A DNA stretch of 64,000 bases, taken from the IMG/VR virus record IMGVR_UViG_3300032050_000084; one strand, given 5' to 3'. This document shows, in pieces, positions 8,674-19,167 of the stretch. Under the pieces are notes generated by a model, which was given only the letters and a program-made list of their open reading frames with translations, was not told the DNA's origin and did not search any database. Source of the stretch: an uncultured virus (IMG/VR IMGVR_UViG_3300032050_000084). Its lineage: Duplodnaviria; Heunggongvirae; Uroviricota; Caudoviricetes. Position 1 is the stretch's first letter; the number at the start of each line of letters is the position of its first letter. Both the position numbers and the translations under genes were made by a program.

Positions 8674-10246
8674 AGATGATGAGCGTTTTGAGGAGCTTGA
8701 AGAAGAGTTTGAAGACGAAGAAGATGGCGGCGATCTTCCTGAAGAAGAGGAAGAACTAGATGAGTTGTCTAGGGAGTTTGTAAACGCCCTAATAGAAAAA
8801 ATAATCCAATTTATGGAAATGTTGGTGGGACATACTTTACACCCATACCAAATGCCACTAGCTCGCAGGGTAATCGAATCTGTAATCATAAACGATGGTG
8901 AAGAAGTTACTGCCTTAGCAGCTCGTCAGTCAGGTAAATCAGAAACAATTGCAAATACGGTTGCAACCTTGATGGTTATTCTTCCTAGACTTGCAAAGAT
9001 GTACCCAGATCTACTTGGTAAGTTTGGTGATGGAATCTGGGTAGGTATGTTTGCTCCCATTCAATCCCAGGTTGAAACCCTTTATGGCCGCACTGTTTCT
9101 AGATTGACTAGTCCACGTGCACTAGAAGTTTTGGGGGACCCAGAAATTGATGACATACCTACAAAGACTCCAGGTATTGTTAAAAACATAAAGTTAAAGA
9201 ATTCTGGCTCCACCCTAATGATGATGACAGCAAACCCTCGTGCAAAGATTGAATCTAAATCTTTTCATCTAATTATTATTGATGAGTGCCAAGACGCAGA
9301 TGACTTTGTAGTATCTAAGTCTATTGCACCTATGGGTGCATACTACAACGCTACTTTAGTTAAGACTGGAACACCAACAACTAGTAAAAATAACTTTTAT
9401 AAAGCTATTCAGCTAAACAAACGTCGTCAAACTAGCCGATCTGCTAAGCAAAACCATTTTCAATGGGATTGGAAAGACGTAGCAAAGTTCAACGCCAACT
9501 ATGAAAAGTTCATTAAGAAAGAGATACTAAGAATCGGGGAGGACTCAGATGAGTTCCAGCTATCGTACAATTGCAAATGGCTTTTGGAAAGGGGCATGTT
9601 TGTTACCTCGTCTATTATGGACAACCTTGGTGACACGTCCCAAGAATTGGTTAAAAGCTGGCATCGTTCACCGGTGGTGGTCGGAATCGACCCCGCAAGA
9701 AAGATGGACTCTACAGTTGTTACTGTTGTCTGGGTCGATTGGGATAGGCCTGATGAATTTGGTTATTATGATCATCGTGTTCTTAATTGGTTAGAGCTAC
9801 AGGGTGACGACTGGGAAGAACAGTATTTTCAGATAGTAAACTTTTTAGAAAATTACGATGTATTGGCTATTGGCGTAGATGCCAACGGTGTTGGAGATGC
9901 AGTTGCACAGCGTATGAAGATCTTGATGCCTAGGGCTGAGGTTATATCTATTTCTTCTAGCGCTACCGAGCAGTCTAGGCGCTGGAAGCACCTACAGGCT
10001 TTAATTCAACGTCAAATGGTTTCTTGGCCGTCCCATGCAAAAACACGACGGTTGAGAATATGGAAGAAGTTTTACCAGCAAATGTCGGACGCTGAGGTGA
10101 AATATAAGGGGGCTAATTTCACGGTGGCAGCTCCTGATGAGGCCCATGCCCACGATGATTTTGTGGATTCTTTAGCCCTTGCATGCTCTTTAACACAGGA
10201 TATGGTTATGCCTACGGTAGAGGTTAGCTCTTCGCCGTTTTTTTAA
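8660..10246 (+). CDS. terL: Terminase large subunit
   Basis: Walker A AARQSGKS, Walker B LIIIDE, TGTP coupling motif, nuclease GIDPA and HDDFVDSLALA. Confidence 0.93.
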   Translation: MQNFEDDERFEELEEEFEDEEDGGDLPEEEEELDELSREFVNALIEKIIQFMEMLVGHTLHPYQMPLARRVIESVIINDGEEVTALAARQSGKSETIANTVATLMVILPRLAKMYPDLLGKFGDGIWVGMFAPIQSQVETLYGRTVSRLTSPRALEVLGDPEIDDIPTKTPGIVKNIKLKNSGSTLMMMTANPRAKIESKSFHLIIIDECQDADDFVVSKSIAPMGAYYNATLVKTGTPTTSKNNFYKAIQLNKRRQTSRSAKQNHFQWDWKDVAKFNANYEKFIKKEILRIGEDSDEFQLSYNCKWLLERGMFVTSSIMDNLGDTSQELVKSWHRSPVVVGIDPARKMDSTVVTVVWVDWDRPDEFGYYDHRVLNWLELQGDDWEEQYFQIVNFLENYDVLAIGVDANGVGDAVAQRMKILMPRAEVISISSSATEQSRRWKHLQALIQRQMVSWPSHAKTRRLRIWKKFYQQMSDAEVKYKGANFTVAAPDEAHAHDDFVDSLALACSLTQDMVMPTVEVSSSPFF

Positions 10247-10328
10247 AGGTTTAGATACCTAAATGACCTAAATAGGTCGATACTTTTACCTGAGGAACCT
10301 CAACTCAAAACCCTATAGGAGAAATAAT

Positions 10329-10736
10329 ATGGCAGTGAATAACATCGCACCAGCCCCTCAGTTCCCTGAGAAGGTTGGCGCAAATTATGAGCGCAAAATG
10401 TCTCCTGCAACTCCAGGAATGCGTGGTCCGCTACGCTTTGAAGAAGGTGTTGCAACAGACACGGATATCCCAAATGACTTTCAAGTAGGATTGGATCAAG
10501 GCTACGACGTACCAGCCGGACGTCCTAACCACAACATGAACGTTATGGAAAAATATCCTGAGGAGACAATGAAGCAACGTGCTCACGTCGGCTCAGCCGC
10601 ATGGGTAGAAGCTCCAGTATATGTCGCTGAATTTTCACAAGGCGGCTATGGAGATCATTCTCAGGTCGAAATTGAAGAAGCTATTCGTTCAGGTGCTCGC
10701 TATCAGCGTGTAAACCCTGCACAGGTAGCTGACTAA
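10329..10736 (+). CDS. Hypothetical protein between terminase and portal
   Basis: AGGAGA SD, 135 aa. Confidence 0.7.
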   Translation: MAVNNIAPAPQFPEKVGANYERKMSPATPGMRGPLRFEEGVATDTDIPNDFQVGLDQGYDVPAGRPNHNMNVMEKYPEETMKQRAHVGSAAWVEAPVYVAEFSQGGYGDHSQVEIEEAIRSGARYQRVNPAQVAD

Positions 10737-10821
10737 TACAGTAGACTACGGGTACCCCAGCCTCGTATTCCCTTCTCCGGGGCTGGGGCCCTACTAATAT
10801 TTAATAAATAAGGATGAGGTA

Positions 10822-12528
10822 ATGGCTGGCGGAATAGATTTTTCACCCCCGAGTTATAGAGCAGCATCCTCTGACTTAACAATCTCTATTTCTCCACTTG
10901 GATTAGTGGAGTTAGCAGACGAAGAATTTGAAGTTCACGGCCCACGTCTAAATCGCTACTCTCTTAATTGGGCAATGTATTTAGGTCATCACTGGTCATA
11001 TCGTCGTGAGATTGGCGAAGCTCAGATGGTGTATAACTATTACCGAGCATTTACAGATTACATTATTAATTTTACTTTTGGCAGAGGCGTGCAATTTAGA
11101 AGCCCAGCATCTACTGAGGCAATTATCCCCGACGTATTAAAACGTGTATGGGAAGTAGATAATGACAAGGCTTCTATCCTTTGGGAAATGGGACAACAAG
11201 GCGGAGTTTCTGGGGATTGCTTTGTTAAGGTAGCATATGAAGAAGCATATGTAGATCCTGTTGGTCGTCCTAATCCAGGCAAGGTTCGTATCCTTCCTTT
11301 AAACTCATCATTTTGTTTTCCAGAATTTCACCCACACGACCGTTCCCGCCTTATTCGTTTTAAATTGAAGTATCGTTTTTGGGGAACTTCAGCAGAGGGA
11401 ACACGTCAGGTATATACCTACACAGAAATTCTTACAGACGATCGTATTGAAGAATATATCAACGATGAGATGATTGATTCTCGTCCTAATCCTATTGGCG
11501 TAGTGCCTATCGTACATATTCCAAACGTACGTATTTCTGGATCCCCTTGGGGATTGGCAGATTGCCACGATATTATCGTTTTAAATAGAAACTACAATGA
11601 AGTAGCTACAGATATTGCGGATATCATTAACTACCACGCTGCGCCAGTTACGGTTATTACTGGTGCTAAAGCCTCCGCCTTAGAAAAGGGCCCTAAGAAG
11701 GTTTGGGGCGGCCTTCCTAAGGATGCACAGGTATTTAATCTAGAAGGTGGCGGACAGGGCTTAGCGGGAGGATTACAGTATCTAGAGACCGTTAAAAGAG
11801 CTATGCATGAAATGGTCGGTGTCCCAGAAACAGCTCTTGGTCAAGTTCAGCCGATTTCTAATACTTCTGGTGTTGCGCTTGCAATTCAATACCAGCCATT
11901 GATGAATCGCTATCACCAGAAGCTAATTCAATACGGCGAGGGTCTGCAAAAAATCAATAGCCTAGTTCTTAAAACTTTAGCGTTTAAAGAACCTGAAGTA
12001 TTTGTGTACAACCCTGTAGTAAACGGACCTATCAAAAACTATCAACTTCCTGTATTAGATCTTAATAGCCCAGTAACTTTTGAATCAACCGTTCATTTCC
12101 CACAACCATTGCCTTTAGATAAGCTCATTGTTTTGAGTGAAATTGCACAAAAGATGCAGATGGGACTTGAAAGTCGAGAAGGTGCTTTGCGTCAACTTGG
12201 TGAGGAATTCCCAGACGAAAAGCTAGAAGAAATTAGATCCGAACTTATTTCGGATGCAAAGGCAGATGGAGCTATCCAATTGGTGAAGAACCAGATTGCA
12301 GCTTCAATTGCCTCATTAACCGGCATACTTCCAGGGGGGGAGGCTCCTCCAGGAGCTACTCCAGGAGACGGAGTTGGACCTGGTCCATTCGGTCAACCGG
12401 GGGTCATAAGCCCTATGGAAGGCGCTGTGTTAGAAGAGCTTGCTCAGGTTCAAGCTGAATTAGTAACCGAAGCTTATGGCACTAAGATGCCGCAGCGTCG
12501 TACACCTGATTCAGATAAGCCAGAGTAG
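10822..12528 (+). CDS. Portal protein (SPP1 gp6-like)
   Basis: Position after terL; NPIGVVPIVHIPN, SGVALAIQYQPL motifs; 568 aa. Confidence 0.85.
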   Translation: MAGGIDFSPPSYRAASSDLTISISPLGLVELADEEFEVHGPRLNRYSLNWAMYLGHHWSYRREIGEAQMVYNYYRAFTDYIINFTFGRGVQFRSPASTEAIIPDVLKRVWEVDNDKASILWEMGQQGGVSGDCFVKVAYEEAYVDPVGRPNPGKVRILPLNSSFCFPEFHPHDRSRLIRFKLKYRFWGTSAEGTRQVYTYTEILTDDRIEEYINDEMIDSRPNPIGVVPIVHIPNVRISGSPWGLADCHDIIVLNRNYNEVATDIADIINYHAAPVTVITGAKASALEKGPKKVWGGLPKDAQVFNLEGGGQGLAGGLQYLETVKRAMHEMVGVPETALGQVQPISNTSGVALAIQYQPLMNRYHQKLIQYGEGLQKINSLVLKTLAFKEPEVFVYNPVVNGPIKNYQLPVLDLNSPVTFESTVHFPQPLPLDKLIVLSEIAQKMQMGLESREGALRQLGEEFPDEKLEEIRSELISDAKADGAIQLVKNQIAASIASLTGILPGGEAPPGATPGDGVGPGPFGQPGVISPMEGAVLEELAQVQAELVTEAYGTKMPQRRTPDSDKPE

Positions 12529-12637
12529 CTTTAGGCAGACAAACTATAAAAAATTTGCCAGCCTACTACCACCAATAAATCCGCAGGTCATCGTGGCACT
12601 AAATCGGACAACGACCTCCAAAACCTAAGGGACAATC

Positions 12638-13411
12638 ATGGCAGAAACAACGAATATCGTTGATGCCCCGGCAGTTCAAGAAGCATTCTTGGCTGACGTT
12701 CCAGCAGCAACGGAAAGTAAAGCAGAACCCGTAATTGATCAAGTTACGGAAAAAACATATACCGAAGTAGATTTGAAGAAGGTTCGTGAGCAGGAGAAAT
12801 CCAAGCTTTACCCTCAAATTGATTCGCTTAAAGAAGAGCTCACCTTGCTTAAGAAGGAACGAGAAGAGCGATTGGCAGAAGCAGAACGTGCAAAGGCTGA
12901 AGCAGAGGCTGAAGCAAAGCGCAAAGCTGAGTCAGAAATGGATGTACGCCAACTTCTTGAAGCTAAGGAAAAAGAGTGGGCGCAAAAGCTCGAAGAAGAA
13001 AAACTAGAGCGTGAACGCACATTTGCACTACTCCAACGAGAGCGTCAGTATGCAGAACTCACTGAGTATCGCAATCGCCGCCTCGAAGAAGAGCGGGACA
13101 ACATCATCCCAGAGCTCGTAGACCTAATCTCAGGAAATACTCCTGATGAGATTGAAAATAGTATTACAGGGTTGCGTGAAAGATCTTCACGGATTCTGGA
13201 ATCGGCGCAATCTGCTATGCAGACTGCACGCAAAGAAATGACTGGCAGCCGGGTAACCGCGCCGCCTACCGGACCGATGGACACTAATTTGGAGCAAAAT
13301 CAGTTAACGGCAGAACAAATCTCTGCCATGTCGGTTACCGAATACGCAAAACACAGATCTAAGCTTCTTGGAAAAGCAGCTAACGATCGAAATAAGGGAA
13401 TCTTCGGATAG
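12638..13411 (+). CDS. Capsid scaffolding protein
   Basis: Coiled-coil, Glu/Lys-rich, directly before the capsid gene. Confidence 0.75.
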   Translation: MAETTNIVDAPAVQEAFLADVPAATESKAEPVIDQVTEKTYTEVDLKKVREQEKSKLYPQIDSLKEELTLLKKEREERLAEAERAKAEAEAEAKRKAESEMDVRQLLEAKEKEWAQKLEEEKLERERTFALLQRERQYAELTEYRNRRLEEERDNIIPELVDLISGNTPDEIENSITGLRERSSRILESAQSAMQTARKEMTGSRVTAPPTGPMDTNLEQNQLTAEQISAMSVTEYAKHRSKLLGKAANDRNKGIFG

Positions 13412-13454
13412 TAAATCCCCAATAACAACTTAATAACTAAGGAGAAAACCGACT

Positions 13455-14531
13455 ATGGCATCAGCCGTAACAGGTACCGGCAATTTAGCTGCCGCACCTA
13501 CAGCGTACTCTGGCTCTAACAGCCAGCTAACGCAAGCAATCCAGACGATCTGGTCTAAGGAAATTCTTTTCCAGTCGATGCCAATCCTCCGCTTCGAACA
13601 GTTCGCTGTTAAGAAGACAGAGCTTGGCGTTGCACCTGGTCTCCAGATCAACTTTATGCGTTATAACAACCTTGGTTTTGCAGGAGCACTTGTTGAAGGT
13701 GTTCGTATGCAGACCAATGCATTGACAGCACAGCAGTTCTCAATCACAGTCGCAGAGCATGGCTATGCAATTGCTGTTTCTGAACTTCTACTCAATGCAT
13801 CATTCGATGACGTGATGGCTTCTGCTTCACGTCTTCTTGGCCGTAACATGGCCCTTTATCTCGATGGCCAGGCTCGTGACACCCTCATGGCAGCGTCTTC
13901 CGTTATTTACGGTTATGATCGTTCTGCTAACGTTGCTGTTAACGACTGGTATACAAACGGTACAGTAGGTACTTCACGTGCTTCTCTTACCGGTAACTTC
14001 AACCTTACAACCGCTGTTGTTAAGGACGCTGTCGAGACACTATCAACCAAGAACATTCCACGGCTTGGCGAGACCTACGTGGCATTCGTTCACCCACACC
14101 AGAGCCGTAAGCTTCGTGACCTCCCAGAGTTCATTGAGGTAACTAAGTACGCTGCTCCTGGTAACTTCATGCTCGGTGAAATCGGCCGTCTATATGACAC
14201 AGTATTCATTGAGACCACTCAGATTGAGAAGGTCACAAATGGTGCTGGTGCTGGTTACACTACCGACACTGCAGTAGCTGCAGGCTCAATTGTTTACCCA
14301 ACTGGTGGAGGTTATACATCTCCAGTAACAAAGACTGGTAACGGTAACAAGGATCGCTATACAGCTATCTTCATCGGTGACAATGCATTTGGTCACGCGA
14401 TCTCACTTCCAGTCGAACTCCGCGATGGCGGTATTCTTGACTTCGGCCGTGAGCACGCTCTTGCTTGGTATGCTATCTACGGTCTTGGTCTTATTACTGA
14501 CCAGTCTGTAGTCTTGGCAGAAACCAACTAA
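13455..14531 (+). CDS. Major capsid protein (N4-gp56-like)
   Basis: Strong SD and codon bias; YVAFVHPHQ..LR, GEIG, DFGR motifs; position. Confidence 0.88.
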   Translation: MASAVTGTGNLAAAPTAYSGSNSQLTQAIQTIWSKEILFQSMPILRFEQFAVKKTELGVAPGLQINFMRYNNLGFAGALVEGVRMQTNALTAQQFSITVAEHGYAIAVSELLLNASFDDVMASASRLLGRNMALYLDGQARDTLMAASSVIYGYDRSANVAVNDWYTNGTVGTSRASLTGNFNLTTAVVKDAVETLSTKNIPRLGETYVAFVHPHQSRKLRDLPEFIEVTKYAAPGNFMLGEIGRLYDTVFIETTQIEKVTNGAGAGYTTDTAVAAGSIVYPTGGGYTSPVTKTGNGNKDRYTAIFIGDNAFGHAISLPVELRDGGILDFGREHALAWYAIYGLGLITDQSVVLAETN

Positions 14532-14544
14532 TTTAAGCAACACA

Positions 14545-14572
14545 TGGGGGCGGGGAAACCCGCCCCCACTTA
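14545..14572 (+). terminator. GC-rich hairpin after the capsid gene
   Basis: TGGGGGCGGG-GAAA-CCCGCCCCCA; weak U-tract. Confidence 0.55.
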
Positions 14573-14595
14573 AAACCTATAGGAGAACAATAATC

Positions 14596-14964
14596 GTGGC
14601 AAAAGCAAAAGTAACTGACGTCACTGGACGTCAACGCGAAGAGCAACTAAAAGCTCACGCAGAAGAACTAGCACAACGTGCTAATGAGATGTCTATGGCA
14701 ACTGCTACCGCAGCAGCTCGTCTTGAGACTGAAGTGGTAGATGTAAGTAAAAACCCAGATACACCAACAGTAATTGATGAGATTGAATCTGTAGGAGTCA
14801 GCATGGCTGATGATACGCAGATCGTTCGTTTGGCAGAAGATCTAGAGCACGTAACTATCGGCGTAGGAAAGCACTATTCCTTTAAAGCTGGACAAAAGTA
14901 CAAAGTGCCTAAGCATGTGGCACAACACCTTCAAGAAAAGGGTTATTTGTACGAACGTCTCTAG
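14596..14964 (+). CDS. Hypothetical head-associated protein
   Basis: AGGAGA SD, GTG start, follows the capsid gene. Confidence 0.7.
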   Translation: MAKAKVTDVTGRQREEQLKAHAEELAQRANEMSMATATAAARLETEVVDVSKNPDTPTVIDEIESVGVSMADDTQIVRLAEDLEHVTIGVGKHYSFKAGQKYKVPKHVAQHLQEKGYLYERL

Positions 14965-15094
14965 TCTAATATAAGAGTGCCCACTCCGACGAAGACACGC
15001 CCTCCTAGTCGGAGTGGGTCTTTATTTACCCTGTATATTTTCGGTCTCTTTGAGATTATAGGTTGCCGGTTTTATTGGATAGATACGAGGACAA

Positions 15095-16171
15095 GTGGCG
15101 ACGTTATCAGGACTTAGTGATCGTCTACGGGTAGAGATAGGCGATATAAACAGGACCTTTGTCGAAGAATTTCGTGGAGACGGGGTTAACAAGCGTTTTC
15201 AGCTTACCGAAGCTCCAGTAAATGCTACTTCCCTATCTATCAAAGTAAATGGAGTTGAAGTATCAAACGCAGCTAGTGTTGAAGAAGTTATGGGTATGGT
15301 CACTTTAGGATCAATACCTCCAGTAGACGCATCCGTGATTATTTCCGGAATTGCACATAAATATTTTACAGATGCTGAAATTCAATATTATGTTAATACC
15401 GCGTTTGTAGAGCATTCAGCTCGTGCTACAGATAGCAGCGGTTCTAGAGTAACCATAGCTACTATGGCAGGTATTGATGAATATCCGGTGGTGCTTTTAG
15501 CGTCAACTATGGCTTTATATACCTTAGCCACTGACTCAGCATTTGATATTGATATTATTTCTCCGGATGGGGTTTCTATCCCTCGTTCAGAACGTTTTAG
15601 GCAGCTTTCAGACATTATTGCGCAACGCAAAGAACAATACCGTGAACTCTCTATGTTGCTTGGAACTGGTCTTTATAAAATCGACGTGTTTAATTTACGT
15701 CGTATTAGTCGTCGTACAAACCGTTACGTACCTATCTATCGTCCACAAGAAATAGATGACGGATCACTTCCACAACGTGTATATCTGGCTATGCCAGATT
15801 ACGGAGATATTACTCCTGCAAGCCCCGTAGTAAACAGAGATCTATCTCTTTACTCTGGAGATAACTTTAGTATTCAGCTTAAATTCTCTGTGGATCTTGC
15901 TGGTTACACTCCGCTTTCACAGATTCGTTTATTCCCAACTTATCCAAACAATCAAGTTGGGCCAATTATTCTTGCTACCTTTACCATCGTAAAAAGTGCT
16001 TCCATTGTCGGTGGTCCACTAGATACACTGACCCTATCCCTAACTAGCGCCCAAACAGATGCTCTTCCACGTACCGCATATTACGACATTCAATTGACAA
16101 ATAATTCAACTGGAGCTGTTAAAACCTATCTAGAAGGCAAAGTGTTTACTAAGCCTCAGATTTCGGAGTAA
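15095..16171 (+). CDS. Putative head-tail adaptor with extra beta domains
   Basis: [11 protein letters not shown]...YFTDAEI pattern of gp15/gp6-type adaptors; C-terminal YYDIQL...YLEGKV. Confidence 0.55.
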   Translation: MATLSGLSDRLRVEIGDINRTFVEEFRGDGVNKRFQLTEAPVNATSLSIKVNGVEVSNAASVEEVMGMVTLGSIPPVDASVIISGIAHKYFTDAEIQYYVNTAFVEHSARATDSSGSRVTIATMAGIDEYPVVLLASTMALYTLATDSAFDIDIISPDGVSIPRSERFRQLSDIIAQRKEQYRELSMLLGTGLYKIDVFNLRRISRRTNRYVPIYRPQEIDDGSLPQRVYLAMPDYGDITPASPVVNRDLSLYSGDNFSIQLKFSVDLAGYTPLSQIRLFPTYPNNQVGPIILATFTIVKSASIVGGPLDTLTLSLTSAQTDALPRTAYYDIQLTNNSTGAVKTYLEGKVFTKPQISE

Positions 16172-16173
16172 TC

Positions 16174-18378
16174 GTGACAGATCCAGAGATCATACAAATT
16201 ATTGAGCAAAGCCCTGAAATTGTAGTCTTTGGTCCTGATACAGCTGGTCCTGCAGGAGCTATGGGACCTACTGGTCCAACAGGACCGACAGGAGCAGCAT
16301 CAACTGTAACTGGACCTACTGGAGCAACTGGTGCAACTGGTCCTATGGGAGCTACTGGTGCAACAGGACCAACAGGTGCTGCAAGCACAGTTGTGGGTCC
16401 CACTGGTCCGCAAGGAGCTACTGGTCCTGCTGGTCCTAAAGGATCTACTGGTCCACAAGGACCTACTGGCCCAATTGGTGCAACAGGACCTGCCGGTGAA
16501 CAAGGAGTTACTGGCCCACAAGGTATTCAAGGACCTATGGGGGCAACTGGACCGACAGGTTCTAGAGGTGCAACAGGTCCAACCGGATCTCAAGGTATTC
16601 AAGGACCAACTGGTCCTGCCGGTACTGGAGTTACTATTCAGGGAACACTTCCCAATGAAAGTGAACTTCCAGAAGTTGGTTTGCCTGGAGATGCATATTT
16701 AATCGATGGTGATCTTTACGTTTGGGATAATGCAAATACCATCTGGGAAAATGTTGGAAATATTCAAGGACCTACTGGTCCACAAGGAGCAACGGGCGCA
16801 ACAGGTCCACAAGGTCTTCAAGGTTTTCAAGGTTTAGCTGGTGCAACTGGCGCACAAGGACCTACTGGACCTACAGGTGCACAAGGCGCAACTGGTCTTC
16901 CAGGACCAACAGGTCCTCAAGGTGAGCAGGGTCTAACTGGAGAGCTTGGACCAACTGGTCCACAAGGCGCAACTGGTCCTACGGGAGCACAAGGACCAAC
17001 AGGTGCCGCATCTAATGTTCCTGGACCTACAGGTCCTACTGGTGCTACGGGTGAAACAGGTTTACCTGGTGTACAGGGTATTCAAGGACTTCAAGGTGAA
17101 CAAGGTATTCAAGGAGAAACCGGTCCTACTGGCCCACAAGGTTTACAAGGTGAGGTCGGACCTACTGGACCTACCGGTGCAACTGGTCAAGGCTTAAATG
17201 TTTTAGGTGCATTAAACAACTCTGGTGAATTACCTGCATCAGGTAGTCCAGGAGATGCGTACATTATCTCTGGAGATTTATATGTTTGGAGTAGCAACTC
17301 TTCTTCTTGGGTAAACGTAGGAAGAATTGAAGGGGCTACTGGTCCAACAGGAGCGCAAGGTGATATAGGACCTACTGGACCACAAGGTGAAACTGGACTT
17401 ATTGGTCCTACTGGACCACAAGGTGAGCAAGGTTTAGCAGGTCTTGAAGGTGATCAAGGTCCACAAGGTGAAGTCGGACCAACTGGTCCACAAGGTGCGG
17501 CTGGACCTACCGGACCTACTGGTCCAATGCCATTTAACTATGTTGGTGCGTATGACAATGGTGCTGATTATTACCCTGGCATGGTTGTTTCATATTCAGG
17601 ATTTTTATGGATTCGTATTGGTGAAGCAAACCCAGGCTATCCACCATATGAAGGAAGTCCTTATTGGTCACTATTTTTAGGCGCAACAGGTGCACAAGGT
17701 GAGACTGGTGCAACCGGTCCGCAAGGAGATGCAGGTCCAACAGGACCAACCGGTCTAACTGGAGATATTGGACCTACTGGTCCACAGGGAGATCTTGGAC
17801 CTACGGGACCTCAAGGTGAAGTTGGACCAACTGGACCAACAGGACCTGAAGGTAAGTCTTTTGTAGTAAGAGGGACTTTAAGTTTAATAGCAGATCTTCC
17901 TACTACAGGGAATATTTTAGGAGACGCCTATGTAGTACAAGAAGATGGTGGACATCTTTGGGTATGGGATGGAACAGAGTTTGATGACATAGGACAAGTA
18001 GTGGGGCCAACAGGTCCTACAGGTCCAACTGGTCCAGAAGGTGTTTCAGGTCCTACCGGACCAACAGGTAAGTTTGCATATACTTCAGAAACACCGCCTG
18101 TTGGTGCAGCAAATGGAGATGCTTGGTTTAACCCTACAGATGGTTCTGCGTATATCTGGTATGATAATTATTGGATTGAGGTTGGTGCGGCTCCTCTAGG
18201 ACCTACCGGACCTACAGGACCTGCGGGTCCTATTCAAGACATTATTCCAGTTATTGTTTCTGCCTTTGACCATGCGAATCATCAAGGCCTTACAGTAACC
18301 TATGATGAAGCATCAGAAGAAGTACGCATCATTTCCGATGTTGCGTTTATTGAAGCAGTAGCCTTAGCGGCTTTGTGA
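16174..18378 (+). CDS. Collagen-like fibre protein
   Basis: Long Gly-X-Y (GPT/GAT/GPQ) tracts interrupted by three copies of an LP..G..GDAY...G.L.VW module. Confidence 0.85.
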   Translation: MTDPEIIQIIEQSPEIVVFGPDTAGPAGAMGPTGPTGPTGAASTVTGPTGATGATGPMGATGATGPTGAASTVVGPTGPQGATGPAGPKGSTGPQGPTGPIGATGPAGEQGVTGPQGIQGPMGATGPTGSRGATGPTGSQGIQGPTGPAGTGVTIQGTLPNESELPEVGLPGDAYLIDGDLYVWDNANTIWENVGNIQGPTGPQGATGATGPQGLQGFQGLAGATGAQGPTGPTGAQGATGLPGPTGPQGEQGLTGELGPTGPQGATGPTGAQGPTGAASNVPGPTGPTGATGETGLPGVQGIQGLQGEQGIQGETGPTGPQGLQGEVGPTGPTGATGQGLNVLGALNNSGELPASGSPGDAYIISGDLYVWSSNSSSWVNVGRIEGATGPTGAQGDIGPTGPQGETGLIGPTGPQGEQGLAGLEGDQGPQGEVGPTGPQGAAGPTGPTGPMPFNYVGAYDNGADYYPGMVVSYSGFLWIRIGEANPGYPPYEGSPYWSLFLGATGAQGETGATGPQGDAGPTGPTGLTGDIGPTGPQGDLGPTGPQGEVGPTGPTGPEGKSFVVRGTLSLIADLPTTGNILGDAYVVQEDGGHLWVWDGTEFDDIGQVVGPTGPTGPTGPEGVSGPTGPTGKFAYTSETPPVGAANGDAWFNPTDGSAYIWYDNYWIEVGAAPLGPTGPTGPAGPIQDIIPVIVSAFDHANHQGLTVTYDEASEEVRIISDVAFIEAVALAAL

Positions 18379-18388
18379 GGAGACAATA

Positions 18389-19102
18389 GTGCCGATTAAT
18401 CCCGACTTCTCTGCTCTAGAAGCCATTATTACAGCAAAAGTAGAGTCCGTAGCTACTAACATTGATAATAAAGACCTTCTAATTCAGATGAAGGCTCTTG
18501 AAGCTGCAGTAGCAAACCTAGCATTGACTAGGGTTATTGCCGAGGGTACTTACCAACAAGGTCAGGTAACTAACAGTGCAACCTCAGCCATTACAACTTT
18601 AAATGCTGGTGTAACAACCGCCCAAACAAACTTAAACAACATCGTATCTACAGCAACAACAAACTTAAACACCGCAGCAACAAATGCAATCGATGACTTT
18701 AATGATGTAGCGACCCCCGTCATTGCAACTATCAATGAACTGCTTGCTGATCTAGGAGAAACCAATACACAAGATATTATCGATCTTGTTACCGCTTCTT
18801 TAGGTCAAATCACTACCGCAGCTAATAACGCCACCTCTACCATAACTCAAGCTCAGTCTGATGCAGTAACTGTCATCTCAACTACTGGAACCTCCGCTAT
18901 TGGCAATATTACTGATACCAGAGACACAGCCTTGACAGCCCTAACTACCCAGCAGACATCCTCAATTTCGGCTATTAATACCGCAAGAGATGCTGCAGTA
19001 GCCGCTGTTAGCGCCTCTGGAGACGTAACCAACCAGATCAATTTCTTAAGAAACGACCGTTGGCTTGGCCTAAACATATTTGGGCCAAGTTCAGGAAGTT
19101 AA
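18389..19102 (+). CDS. Ala/Thr-rich helical virion protein (hypothetical)
   Basis: GAGGAG SD; 237 aa in the fibre region. Confidence 0.65.
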   Translation: MPINPDFSALEAIITAKVESVATNIDNKDLLIQMKALEAAVANLALTRVIAEGTYQQGQVTNSATSAITTLNAGVTTAQTNLNNIVSTATTNLNTAATNAIDDFNDVATPVIATINELLADLGETNTQDIIDLVTASLGQITTAANNATSTITQAQSDAVTVISTTGTSAIGNITDTRDTALTALTTQQTSSISAINTARDAAVAAVSASGDVTNQINFLRNDRWLGLNIFGPSSGS

Positions 19103-19167
19103 GGATTTAAAATGAAGAATTCTACCTATACTAGCTTACTGGGTACCGCCCTCGAAGGAGATAACTA

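Noticed and set aside
16174..18378. Repetitive DNA as CRISPR or satellite array
   Set aside because: The periodicity is explained by Gly-X-Y codons with synonymous variation; there is no repeat-spacer structure.
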